In this document: in pieces, positions 1 through 7,473 of the stretch | Layout: each line of letters starts with the position of its first letter | How positions within the stretch are numbered: position 1 is the first letter of the stretch | Assembly: GCA_023418995.1 (NCBI GenBank) | Contig: JAEZYP010000037.1 | Location: 48,041-112,040 of the forward strand | Direction of reading: 5' to 3' | Length of the DNA: 64,000 nucleotides | DNA from: Bacillota bacterium | GTDB lineage: Bacteria; Bacillota; Clostridia; Oscillospirales; Acutalibacteraceae | Notes under the pieces: generated by a model | Database searches by the model: none | Told to the model about the DNA's origin: nothing | Seen by the model: only the letters and a program-made list of their open reading frames with translations | Made by a program: the position numbers and the translations under genes

Positions 1-1171
1 GTAGTCGTATTTCATGTCCTAAACTTGTTAAGTCTATGGACGCTGATAGATCAAGGCCAGTAATAACTTCGCATCCTTCGGTGTTTGGAAATGGGTTTTC
101 TTTTGTAGCTCCGCATTTGTTCCATTTATCCATTTGCATATAGCCGGATTCGCGCTGATTTACCCATACGTCCATCGTTTTTGTCAAAAAATCACGCATC
201 TTTTCTGGCTTGTCTTTGGCAACCAGTAATTCGGAACGCGTGTTTTCAAGTACAATAGGGTCATTATATGTGATCGGGTTTGATTTTCTCCAGAGCGTTT
301 CGTCGTTAATGTCATCAATCAAATTTCCGTCAGCGTCTTTGTCCAGTTCATAGATAACAGCAAAATAACGGTCGTTCTCAACTGGATTATCCGGGTCAAG
401 AATTTTTGACACATAGGTATATTCTTCTTTGTAGCATGGAGAATTGAGATTAACTCCTGCGGTCGTTATGATAATTAAAATCGGCTGCTTACGGGTTTTC
501 ATACCGGAAGTTAAAAGGTCATAATATTCTGATGTTTCATGTTCGTGGTATTCGTCTAATATTCCGCACTGAGGATTAGACCCGGAGCCTTTTTCACGGT
601 CGTCTTTTGACAATCGGATAAAAGTAGACCCGCTTTTCGGATGCTCTATTGCGCCGTACCGGGTGACAAATTTATCTTTTAGAAAGTCACACCGCTTATA
701 AATCAAATTTGCTTCATTCCAGACATATTTAGTCTGCTCTCGTTTTGTTGCGCCGATGTAAACTTCTGAACACGGTTCACCAAATGCGGATTCTTCATAA
801 AGTGCTACGATTGCCAAGTCCTGTGACTTAGCGTTCTTACGGGCCTTTTGAATGTAGGCGTTACGGAACCGGCGCAATCCGTTGTCTTTGCGTATCCATC
901 CATAAATTTGCCCAAACTCAAATTTTTCTGTAATATGCGGTTCTTTGTATGTACCCTCTAATTGTCCTTTGGTATGTTTGAACAATCGCATCCAGTCGAA
1001 GAATGTGTTTGCTTTTGCTTCTTCGAATATATATGGAAAATCCTCCGTTCCCTGTCTTTCAAGGTCTCGGAGGAATCTCATGCAAGCCCAATTATTCTTT
1101 TTGCAGGAAACTATTTCTCCGCTGATACAGTCATTGCAGTATTGAATAAGTTCGCCGGTTAGATTAGACAT
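1..1171 (-). CDS. terL: Terminase large subunit (N-terminal ~390 aa; C-terminus lies beyond the window start)
   Basis: Absent from the ORF track because it runs off the window. My translation from ATG 1171 gives MSNLTGELIQYCNDCISGEIVSCKKNNWACMRFLRDLERQ...GILDEYHEHE..., typical of Terminase_1-type large subunits. AGGAAG RBS; 8-nt overlap with the terS stop. Confidence 0.88.
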   Translation of the reverse strand, partial: MSNLTGELIQYCNDCISGEIVSCKKNNWACMRFLRDLERQGTEDFPYIFEEAKANTFFDWMRLFKHTKGQLEGTYKEPHITEKFEFGQIYGWIRKDNGLRRFRNAYIQKARKNAKSQDLAIVALYEESAFGEPCSEVYIGATKREQTKYVWNEANLIYKRCDFLKDKFVTRYGAIEHPKSGSTFIRLSKDDREKGSGSNPQCGILDEYHEHETSEYYDLLTSGMKTRKQPILIIITTAGVNLNSPCYKEEYTYVSKILDPDNPVENDRYFAVIYELDKDADGNLIDDINDETLWRKSNPITYNDPIVLENTRSELLVAKDKPEKMRDFLTKTMDVWVNQRESGYMQMDKWNKCGATKENPFPNTEGCEVITGLDLSASIDLTSLGHEIRL

Positions 1172-1673
1172 TTCCAAACTTCCTATCTAATTCAGTTTTT
1201 TGCGGCTCTTCCTGCTTCTTCGGTACGTTTTTTACTCTTGCCGTAGGATTTAGAAACAAGCGATCCTCCATTTTCAGCAGCATATCGCGTGACCGGTTGA
1301 GATTTCCTTCCATTCCGCTAATAGATTTATACATTGTTACCATCTGGCCAGAGTTTTCGCATTTATCAATATCACTTTCCATGCGTTGAAGTAATTGTTC
1401 CATTGCATCAACCTCAGAAGTAAGCAGGCAATACCGGTTAATTATGTTTTCATCCAGTCCGTCAACATAGTCGATTTTTTTATAGAGCTTTTGAAGCTTC
1501 ATAAACATTTCAAGAGCAACCGGATTGCTTTTTACTTTCTTATTTGGCTGATAAGGAGAATCTGATTTTAAGGACTCCTCTTTTTTCTTTCTTTCTGCAA
1601 TTTGTTTCTTTGTAAGATGTGTTTTACCTTCCAATAAAATCAATTCCACAGGCTTTGACGGGCGTCCTGCCAT
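1164..1673 (-). CDS. terS: Terminase small subunit, P27-like
   Basis: MAGRPSKPVELILLEGKTHLTKKQ... N-terminus is typical of the P27 small-terminase family. Sits immediately upstream of terL and overlaps it. Confidence 0.8.
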   Translation of the reverse strand: MAGRPSKPVELILLEGKTHLTKKQIAERKKKEESLKSDSPYQPNKKVKSNPVALEMFMKLQKLYKKIDYVDGLDENIINRYCLLTSEVDAMEQLLQRMESDIDKCENSGQMVTMYKSISGMEGNLNRSRDMLLKMEDRLFLNPTARVKNVPKKQEEPQKTELDRKFGNV

Positions 1674-1794
1674 GTTTTTAGCTCCTTTCTATCATTTTTG
1701 AGTAGCTTCTTAAATTAATCCATAAAAGGAAGTTTTTACACAGATTAGGCCAGCGCGGTCTTTTCTTGCAATGCCCAGAGGATTTTATACCCCC

Positions 1795-2082
1795 CTACTT
1801 CTTTTTAATTTTTAGAAATTGATTGCTAATTTTTTTCAAATGTAAATTCCCGTGAATATCACAAATGATTTTATAAGTTTTCCCGTTGTCGTCATGCACT
1901 ATAACGCGGTCAAGGTCAATCAGGTCAACGTCTGGCTCTTTGTAGCTTTTACTTGGAATAAATAATTCTATTGGGTTTAAGACTAATGGGCCTTTGCATA
2001 TAGGGCAATTTCTTCCATCAGTTATTGTTCCATCAAGCATAAATGTACGTCCGCATTTTAAACAAACATATTCTTTTTTCAT
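1795..2082 (-). CDS. Zinc-ribbon protein, unknown function
   Basis: 95 aa with CLKCG...CPICKG (two CxxC pairs). Abuts the HNH gene stop. Confidence 0.55.
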   Translation of the reverse strand: MKKEYVCLKCGRTFMLDGTITDGRNCPICKGPLVLNPIELFIPSKSYKEPDVDLIDLDRVIVHDDNGKTYKIICDIHGNLHLKKISNQFLKIKKK

Positions 2083-2084
2083 TG

Positions 2085-2429
2085 CTATTCTCCCCTCATC
2101 GTGCGCCTAGAATGGCACTCATGGCACAGTCCCATCAAATTACTTTCCTCATACTTCAACGCTGGATAGTTTCTGAGCTTTCGAACGTGGTGAACTTCTG
2201 TTGCCGATATGTACTTGCCTTGCTTAACACAATCAACGCATAGCGGATGCTTGCTCAAGTATTGAAGTCTGAACCGTCCCCATTGCGAATCATATCCGCG
2301 CTGCCTAGAGTTCTTACGGTAATGGTCACGCTGTCTGTATTCCTCTATGTGATCGTCACAGTATCCAGATACATTGCGTGTAAGATTAGGGCAACCAGAA
2401 TGTTTGCATGGGCGTAATGGTCTATTCAT
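2085..2429 (-). CDS. Phage HNH endonuclease (terminase-associated type)
   Basis: CVDCVKQGK...EVHHVRKL...NLMGLCHECHSRRT is an HNH/zinc-finger signature. Position upstream of terS/terL is as in cos-type phages. Confidence 0.85.
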   Translation of the reverse strand: MNRPLRPCKHSGCPNLTRNVSGYCDDHIEEYRQRDHYRKNSRQRGYDSQWGRFRLQYLSKHPLCVDCVKQGKYISATEVHHVRKLRNYPALKYEESNLMGLCHECHSRRTMRGE

Positions 2430-2580
2430 TTCGATTCCCTTCTACCCTATTTTGTTTTCTTAAATGTTTTGGTTTATATCTTTTTGTCCACATTAAAGAA
2501 ATGATTTGCATTATTGTTTCAGCAACGCAAAATGAAATAAAAAGAATTCCAAAATGAATCAAATCTATTTGATTAAACAT
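2422..2580 (-). CDS. Hypothetical small membrane protein (52 aa)
   Basis: Own translation: MFNQIDLIHFGILFISFCVAETIMQIISLMWTKRYKPKHLRKQNRVEGNRNE, a hydrophobic helix plus basic tail. Its ATG overlaps the upstream stop. Below the ORF-track size cutoff. Confidence 0.3.
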   Translation of the reverse strand: MFNQIDLIHFGILFISFCVAETIMQIISLMWTKRYKPKHLRKQNRVEGNRNE

Positions 2581-2782
2581 TTTTTCCCCTCCCGCACCAC
2601 ATTAACCTATCCCATTCCGCTTGCAATTCAGCAAGTTTTGCATTCTCATGGATTGACCGGCGTGGCTTGTTTTTGAGATTCAGTATTTCCCGATATAAGA
2701 TTCTGCGGCGTTGCGGTATATCCATGTTTGTTCCTCCAATACGCATCGGCCCGTCTTTCTGCTGCTCCAAATACTTTCGCAT
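2573..2782 (-). CDS. Hypothetical small protein; start uncertain
   Basis: ORF-track ORF. The internal ATG at 2725 (MDIPQRRRILYREIL...) is the one preceded by GGAGG. A second frame, 2646-2810, overlaps it (see findings). Confidence 0.4.
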   Translation of the reverse strand: MRKYLEQQKDGPMRIGGTNMDIPQRRRILYREILNLKNKPRRSIHENAKLAELQAEWDRLMWCGRGKNV

Positions 2783-2821
2783 TGAATTTTGGTTTATACT
2801 GTGGTTTCATCGTAATCCTCA

Positions 2822-2860
2822 TAAAAGAACCAGCGGCAGTAAATTAATACCGTCGCTGGT
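2822..2860 (-). terminator. Intrinsic terminator closing the RNA island
   Basis: Minus strand reads ACCAGCGACGG-TATTAATTTA-CTGCCGCTGGT, an 11-bp stem with 1 mismatch and 1 G-U. It is followed by TCTTTTAT. Confidence 0.6.
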
Positions 2861-3312
2861 TTGGTTTGTTATCGGGCAGACTTCGATATCTGCGCGTACG
2901 TTCCAGAACGTACAAGATTGTGCGTATTCCTTTTCGCCACCGATAACTATTCAGTTTGTTCCCCTAGTACAAGCAAAGACATAGGAGAAACGGCAGTTGA
3001 TAAAGCCGTTTGGTGCCAACATCACGTTCCGACCGTGATTCTGTCGCTTATAAGGCAACCGCACTACCATTGTGCTATATTGGCATACGCCCAGCTTTCG
3101 TATCGTTTTCCCTTTCGGTACTCTGCCGGTCTACTTGCTGGGTTAATGTCAGTTTCGTACCCACACCATTAAAGCGGCTATTCCTGACTGGCGCCAATCG
3201 TGGTATCATTGCAACCTTGTTTGGCATATATGCGCCCGGAGAAAGAATAAGCCGGGCGCATAGGGAATATCTAAATAATACTTTTAGGCATACTTTTACA
3301 CTATGAATTATA
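2861..3312 (-). ncRNA. ORF-free structured RNA island (unclassified) surrounding a tRNA-like gene
   Basis: No minus-strand ORF of 60 aa or more across ~500 nt inside an otherwise gap-free operon. More GC-rich than the flanking phage genes. Readable elements: 10-bp hairpin 3230-3261, closed ~108-nt domain 3087-3194 with three CGAAA motifs, hairpin 2988-3011, four-way junction 2868-2947. Confidence 0.4.
3011..3084 (-). tRNA. tRNA-like gene, anticodon UAU (Ile), CCA encoded; non-canonical T-loop
   Basis: Minus strand: GCCAATA-TA-GCAC-AATGGTA-GTGC-G-GTTGC-CTTATAA-GCGAC-AGAA-TCACG-GTCGGAA-CGTGA-TGTTGGC-A-CCA. It has a 7-bp acceptor stem, a D arm with GG, U33, A37 and a 5-bp T stem. Its two G-U pairs would be C-A mismatches on the + strand. 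The T-loop deviates from TTCRANN. Confidence 0.55.
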
Positions 3313-3624
3313 TCACGGAATTATTGATTCTGTCAAGAGAATTTCAATTTCTTTTGGAAATAAACTTCTAAAATCATCGTCTCTTAAATTACCAATAAAA
3401 TAACAAGTTCCAAAACATTTTTTTCCTTTTACATGAGTGTTTTTTATGTAATCATTATTTTTTCGATTTGTAGCAATAATTACTTTTTTATAATACTCAA
3501 AGTTAGCTTTCCCTGATTCTAAGACTCTTTCCATGCTGTTGATATCGCTTCGTATAATTTTTTTATAAGGTTTTTTGTCAGGTGGTACTACTAAAATTAA
3601 AAATTTCGATTGGCAGTTTTCCAA
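3313..3624 (-). CDS. DUF3846-like protein (recalled family), very AT-rich
   Basis: KFLILVVPPDKKPYKKIIRSDINSMERVL...FIGNLRDDDFRSL resembles the DUF3846 pattern as I recall it. TTG start. Much lower GC than its neighbours. Confidence 0.4.
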   Translation of the reverse strand: MENCQSKFLILVVPPDKKPYKKIIRSDINSMERVLESGKANFEYYKKVIIATNRKNNDYIKNTHVKGKKCFGTCYFIGNLRDDDFRSLFPKEIEILLTESIIP

Positions 3625-3908
3625 TTTATTTTACCCCTTTTTATAATTATTCCTTTAAGCATTGCGGAAGCTTTAATTTTAACCAATTCGTCAATGCACC
3701 AATTTATTTCGTTTTCGATTTCAACAATTTTTTCAACAGCAAACTGAATTTTGTTTGGCTGTTCTCCACCCTTTGGCATATCTGACAATGTAGGCGTAAT
3801 TTTGGTTGCCCTTGCCATCCATTCAGCGCGCTCCTCAAGTAAACGATCGATTCTGCGGCTAATTGCTTTATATCGCCCTAAATACTCAATTTTTTCTTGG
3901 CTTGTCAT
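3597..3908 (-). CDS. DUF1492-like phage regulator, apparently N-terminal half only
   Basis: From ATG 3908 (AAGGAGGG RBS): MTSQEKIEYLGRYKAISRRIDRLLEERAEWMARATKITPTLSDMPKGG...VEKIVEIENEI. This matches the N-terminal pattern of DUF1492-type late regulators. No sigma-r4-like HTH half follows. Confidence 0.4.
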   Translation of the reverse strand: MTSQEKIEYLGRYKAISRRIDRLLEERAEWMARATKITPTLSDMPKGGEQPNKIQFAVEKIVEIENEINWCIDELVKIKASAMLKGIIIKRGKINWKTANRNF

Positions 3909-3919
3909 ATGCCCTCCTT

Positions 3920-4201
3920 TTAGCACTTCTCAAACTCAATTTTCATACCTTTTGCTGTTGCATACTCAAATTCCATCCGTGCGCCTTTGCTATTCTCCCA
4001 TCCGTGAAGAAAATACACTGTGTTACAAGCATCTATCATGGCGTAACAGATAGGCATATAGGCATCGTGTGGCAATCCCTCTGGCATAAATGCCGGATTA
4101 AAAACAATATGGTTTTCTGATAACATACGGTCTACACGGTCAAAGTTTTCGCGATAGTCTGGCTCTCCGGTAATTGGGCCCGCTATGTAAATTACACTCA
4201 T
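3920..4201 (-). CDS. DUF4406 / nucleoside 2-deoxyribosyltransferase-like protein
   Basis: MSVIYIAGPITGEPDYRENF...NPAF...LHGWENSKGARMEFEYA matches the DUF4406 pattern as I recall it. Confidence 0.55.
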   Translation of the reverse strand: MSVIYIAGPITGEPDYRENFDRVDRMLSENHIVFNPAFMPEGLPHDAYMPICYAMIDACNTVYFLHGWENSKGARMEFEYATAKGMKIEFEKC

Positions 4202-4632
4202 GGTTCACGCTCCTTTAAAGCAACTTCGGCTTCGGAACGGGTAAAATAACACTTTCCGTTAATTCCCGAAAACTGTTCAAGCCCTTCATATCCCCATTCT
4301 CCGGGCAATGACAATTCCCATTTTTTATTTTTATTTTTGGAAACTTCAAAACCCTCTGGAATATGTTCTGAAATTACATAGGGGCAATGCTGATTTTCTC
4401 TGTCACAGCATACTCTGCCAATTTCCTTATCATAATGAGCTTCATTCCCGTATTGGCAGTTTTCACAATCGAAATAACTTTCTTTGATGGTATAAACCGT
4501 ATCCCCTGCATTGCACGGCAACACCACAATCAACCCGTTCTCGTACTGCTTAATCAGCTCCGGTATCAGTTTGAGCGCAGCGGCAGGATTTTCAGAGTAC
4601 GCGTCGCGGATTTGTTGAATAATGTCAGGCAT
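4198..4632 (-). CDS. Hypothetical phage protein (Cys-rich centre)
   Basis: ORF track. I prefer ATG 4632 (MPDIIQQIRD...), which overlaps the upstream stop. Confidence 0.5.
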   Translation of the reverse strand: MPDIIQQIRDAYSENPAAALKLIPELIKQYENGLIVVLPCNAGDTVYTIKESYFDCENCQYGNEAHYDKEIGRVCCDRENQHCPYVISEHIPEGFEVSKNKNKKWELSLPGEWGYEGLEQFSGINGKCYFTRSEAEVALKEREP

Positions 4633-5011
4633 GAGGTTCACCGTCCCTATCGTTACGCATATGGTAATCATAAATGGCGTTGAGTCGGTCAGAATAACAT
4701 TTTAAATCGCGCACCGTTATTTGTTGGAGCTTTACCATTGCCTTGTGCATCTGCTCTGAATGCTCAATTTCTATGTAGTCTGTGCTTTCCGTGGTAAAGC
4801 GATAATAATAATTTAGCATTCCACCGTATAATGATTCATTTAATGTGCCTTTCAGAAACCTACGCCCTGCATATCTACCTTTTGAATAATCAAACTGCGA
4901 ATTACTGCTAGCGTAATAGTGCGTTTCTGTTTCTTTGGTAACATCAAAATAATCTACTTTGGGCTTTGCATTTGGATTTTTGAGATCAAATCTCACTTCA
5001 ACAACTTTCAT
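4625..5011 (-). CDS. Hypothetical phage protein
   Basis: ORF track (4625-5020). ATG 5011 (MKVVEVRF...) is preferred. Confidence 0.5.
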   Translation of the reverse strand: MKVVEVRFDLKNPNAKPKVDYFDVTKETETHYYASSNSQFDYSKGRYAGRRFLKGTLNESLYGGMLNYYYRFTTESTDYIEIEHSEQMHKAMVKLQQITVRDLKCYSDRLNAIYDYHMRNDRDGEPHA

Positions 5012-5156
5012 TCCGCCCATCCTTTCGTATTCCGTAACCTTTCCATGCGTTACAAATTCCTATTTTTTCTCCGTGCTCTCCTTTGTGATGATATGTACCT
5101 TCCCACGGGCAGGACGGCTTTTTATTGTGTACACAGTTTTCGCAGCTGTTACTCAT
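4998..5156 (-). CDS. Small Cys-rich protein (52 aa)
   Basis: Own translation: MSNSCENCVHNKKPSCPWEGTYHHKGEHGEKIGICNAWKGYGIRKDGRNESC. Overlaps both neighbours. Below the ORF-track cutoff. Confidence 0.35.
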   Translation of the reverse strand: MSNSCENCVHNKKPSCPWEGTYHHKGEHGEKIGICNAWKGYGIRKDGRNESC

Positions 5157-5514
5157 GGCTATCATCCTTTCCGTCCATCAGAGCCGCGCAAGTAGGACAA
5201 CGCCGCATAGCCTTTCTAAGCTTTAGCTCTTCTATTTCATCATGGCATGAAGAGCATTCCAATATAGGTTCGTGATGTTGACCATAAAATCCCGTATCAA
5301 TCCAGTGTGCGTGTATTACTTCCCGAACTTCACCGGATTCGATGCAGCGGAGGATGTTTTGAATCTTGTTTTTAGCATTCTGCCATTCACAACCCGAGCA
5401 ACCTGTTTCTGAATAATGGCAGGCATAAGCTTCGTGCGCGGCATCACAAAACGATACTTTTTCAAGCACTTTCAATATTTCCGCCGCTTCACCGGCTGTC
5501 ATTTTATTTGGCAT
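5149..5514 (-). CDS. Hypothetical Cys-rich phage protein
   Basis: 121 aa with CSGC, CSSC and CPTC pairs. Translationally coupled within the operon. Confidence 0.5.
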   Translation of the reverse strand: MPNKMTAGEAAEILKVLEKVSFCDAAHEAYACHYSETGCSGCEWQNAKNKIQNILRCIESGEVREVIHAHWIDTGFYGQHHEPILECSSCHDEIEELKLRKAMRRCPTCAALMDGKDDSHE

Positions 5515-5830
5515 GGTTGGCCTCCTTTGAACGTTTCAATACGTCTACAAGTGCCGCAATTATGGTTACATCTAATTCGCTGATATCTTGTGGCTTATGC
5601 TCTTTCCTAAACTGATATTTGAAAATTTCAGAGTTAAGCGCGGAAGATACTTTTATGGGTTCAAGTGGATTGTTTATATCGGCTATCCATTGTTCAGCGT
5701 GGTGATATTTTTCAAGTTGCTTTGACTGTTCGTCAATTACTTCCGTAAGCTGTTTGGAATATCGCGCCGCCACAGAACTATAATTCTGATTTTTTGCCCA
5801 TTCATAAGCTGTTTGCTGTTCTCTAGTCAT
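5504..5830 (-). CDS. Hypothetical phage protein
   Basis: ORF track. Start and stop overlap the neighbouring genes. Confidence 0.5.
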   Translation of the reverse strand: MTREQQTAYEWAKNQNYSSVAARYSKQLTEVIDEQSKQLEKYHHAEQWIADINNPLEPIKVSSALNSEIFKYQFRKEHKPQDISELDVTIIAALVDVLKRSKEANHAK

Positions 5831-6333
5831 TTTTCCGCCTCCCCTTGCATCTTATTTCCGTGCGGTTCCTGCGCCTGCTGAATTCCGCGCCATTCAAAGT
5901 GGCACGGCTTATCATCGTGGCAAATTCCTTTGCAAACATCGCATCTTCCAAGTTTTAAGGCACTTACTTTTTCCGTACTTATGGAAAGAAATTCTTTACA
6001 ATCTGCTATTTCGTTTGCAATATGATTTATATCCTTAATTGCCATTTCCAGCTCCTTTTTCAGCGTGGAATTTTCTGCCTCCATCCGTTTCACCTCGGCA
6101 ATAAGTGCCGGAATATCTGTTCGGGCGTGGGCGATAAAATCTATATTGGAAAATACTTGATCGTTAAAGTCTGGTGCATTAGGATAAACCGCACGTTCTG
6201 TGACTAAATAGCGCTCATCTTGTGAAATAACTGCATTTCTGCCATTGAAAAGCGACTGATGCGTTCCGTCTCCAACTTTCCACGGTCCCCGCGTTGCCGC
6301 CTGCTCACGGGCCTTGATTTCTTCAATGTTCAT
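5827..6333 (-). CDS. Hypothetical phage protein with coiled-coil segment
   Basis: 168 aa; ...ATRGPWKVGDG...IPALIAEVKRMEAENSTLKKELE. Family not recognised. Confidence 0.5.
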   Translation of the reverse strand: MNIEEIKAREQAATRGPWKVGDGTHQSLFNGRNAVISQDERYLVTERAVYPNAPDFNDQVFSNIDFIAHARTDIPALIAEVKRMEAENSTLKKELEMAIKDINHIANEIADCKEFLSISTEKVSALKLGRCDVCKGICHDDKPCHFEWRGIQQAQEPHGNKMQGEAEK

Positions 6334-6500
6334 TTCGTCCTCCTTGTCATTATTCGGGCAAACAGCCCTCTTGATTTACCCTCTTTTTGCTTATAGCACT
6401 CATTGCAGTAGCTGTACTCCTGATATGTCATATGTTTCATAGCCCAAACTGGAATGTTATATCTTTTTTTGCATTTCAAGCAAATCAAATACATTCGCAT
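6330..6500 (-). CDS. Small zinc-ribbon protein (56 aa)
   Basis: Own translation: MRMYLICLKCKKRYNIPVWAMKHMTYQEYSYCNECYKQKEG.... ATGA overlap with the next gene. Confidence 0.4.
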   Translation of the reverse strand: MRMYLICLKCKKRYNIPVWAMKHMTYQEYSYCNECYKQKEGKSRGLFARIMTRRTK

Positions 6501-6596
6501 TTCTTTTTCCTCGCTTTCTTCCGGTCTTTTCCCGGCTTAACGTACATTGACTTCATCGTTTGCAATCGACGGTAGGAACCTCCGGAATTGCGCTGT

Positions 6597-6935
6597 TTAC
6601 TTTTCATATGGCGTCACCAAAACAGTAATACAATCTCCATCGTAAAATTCATGGACAATTTTTTTGACAAATTTCCGGTTATCGTCATGAATTATCCAGC
6701 CTTTTAAAGCGTCCTCTACCATTTTTGCTATGTAAGCGTGATTACTGCAATCCAAACCGTCATTCCAGTAAAATGTGATTGTTACAGGATTATCACTCAT
6801 TCTCTGTGGAACGTTCTGACGCATCAATTCCGCGTGTACAGTAGAATGCCAAAAGTTGCTATCTTTTTGCCTTGCGCGGTAATGCTTGCCTGCGTAAATA
6901 GCATTTAAGCTGAATTGCTTGGAAAACTGTTTCAT
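6597..6935 (-). CDS. RusA-like Holliday junction resolvase (tentative)
   Basis: SLNAIYAGKHY... and GLDCSNHAYIAKMVEDALKGWIIHDDNRKFV parallel RusA PSNNRYY... and DLDNLQKAAFDAL...LDDAQV. One catalytic Asp position appears to be substituted. Confidence 0.45.
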   Translation of the reverse strand: MKQFSKQFSLNAIYAGKHYRARQKDSNFWHSTVHAELMRQNVPQRMSDNPVTITFYWNDGLDCSNHAYIAKMVEDALKGWIIHDDNRKFVKKIVHEFYDGDCITVLVTPYEK

Positions 6936-6969
6936 ACCGGATTTTGTTTTTGGATATTGAATTGTAAAT

Positions 6970-7308
6970 TTAATTATTAGTCACCGGCTTTCTCAAATCA
7001 CGCCCACAGTTTGGGCAGAATTTAAACCTTTCAGGCTCTGTAGACGTTCCCCCACTATGCAACGCAATTTTGGGAACTCCAAAAATCTTAGTTGTAACCG
7101 CTCCGTTGAGTGCTTCCCCGTTGCAATACTCGCAGCCTTTTTCGCGCTCGGATTTCTCCTGCAAAGCTGATAAAATTTGTTTTCGGTTATTTCTGACTGC
7201 ATTAGCAATAATTATAAGAGATTGCCGAAACTGCCGAACTGTTCCAACCGAAAATGATTTGTCTGCTTCTTCAATCGCTTTTTCAACTACGCTTTTAATC
7301 TCGCTCAT
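6970..7308 (-). CDS. Hypothetical zinc-ribbon phage protein
   Basis: 112 aa with CEYCNG...CPNCG. Confidence 0.5.
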   Translation of the reverse strand: MSEIKSVVEKAIEEADKSFSVGTVRQFRQSLIIIANAVRNNRKQILSALQEKSEREKGCEYCNGEALNGAVTTKIFGVPKIALHSGGTSTEPERFKFCPNCGRDLRKPVTNN

Positions 7309-7469
7309 AGTACCACCTCTTCCGGCAGCTCATGCAATTTATCAAACAACTCAGATAAATCCATGTTTGCCTGTATTAATTCACGCTTGGATGGAATTTT
7401 TCCTTTATGGATTCCGGTTATTAAGGCTTTCAAGTCAATAATTGCTTTACCAGCCTGTATGTTTGTCAT
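7305..7469 (-). CDS. Hypothetical small protein (54 aa)
   Basis: Own translation: MTNIQAGKAIIDLKALITGIHKGKIPSKRELIQANMDLSELFDKLHELPEEVVL. ATGA overlap with the downstream gene. Confidence 0.4.
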   Translation of the reverse strand: MTNIQAGKAIIDLKALITGIHKGKIPSKRELIQANMDLSELFDKLHELPEEVVL

Positions 7470-7473
7470 AAAA

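Noticed and set aside
2868-2947. Second tRNA gene, possibly with an 8-nt anticodon loop (TTCTGGAA; a quadruplet-decoding or frameshift-suppressor idea)
   Set aside because: The acceptor-like stem and the D- and T-like arms fit. However, 7 extra nt separate the D arm from the central hairpin, and that hairpin can close to a 7-bp stem with a 4-nt loop. The T-like loop is also 8 nt. I report it only as a tRNA-like four-way junction.
2667-3306. Three plus-strand ORFs (2667-2984, 2861-3172, 3010-3306) covering the ORF-free island
   Set aside because: They run opposite to every other gene of the operon and overlap each other. They read through the tRNA-like gene and stable hairpins and have Cys/Phe/Ser-rich junk composition.
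2811-3312. Identification of the island as ROOL or GOLLD RNA
   Set aside because: As I recall them, those RNAs are ~580 nt and ~800 nt. Here the non-tRNA pieces are at most 230 nt each, and I cannot recall their consensus well enough to match motifs. The element is left unclassified.
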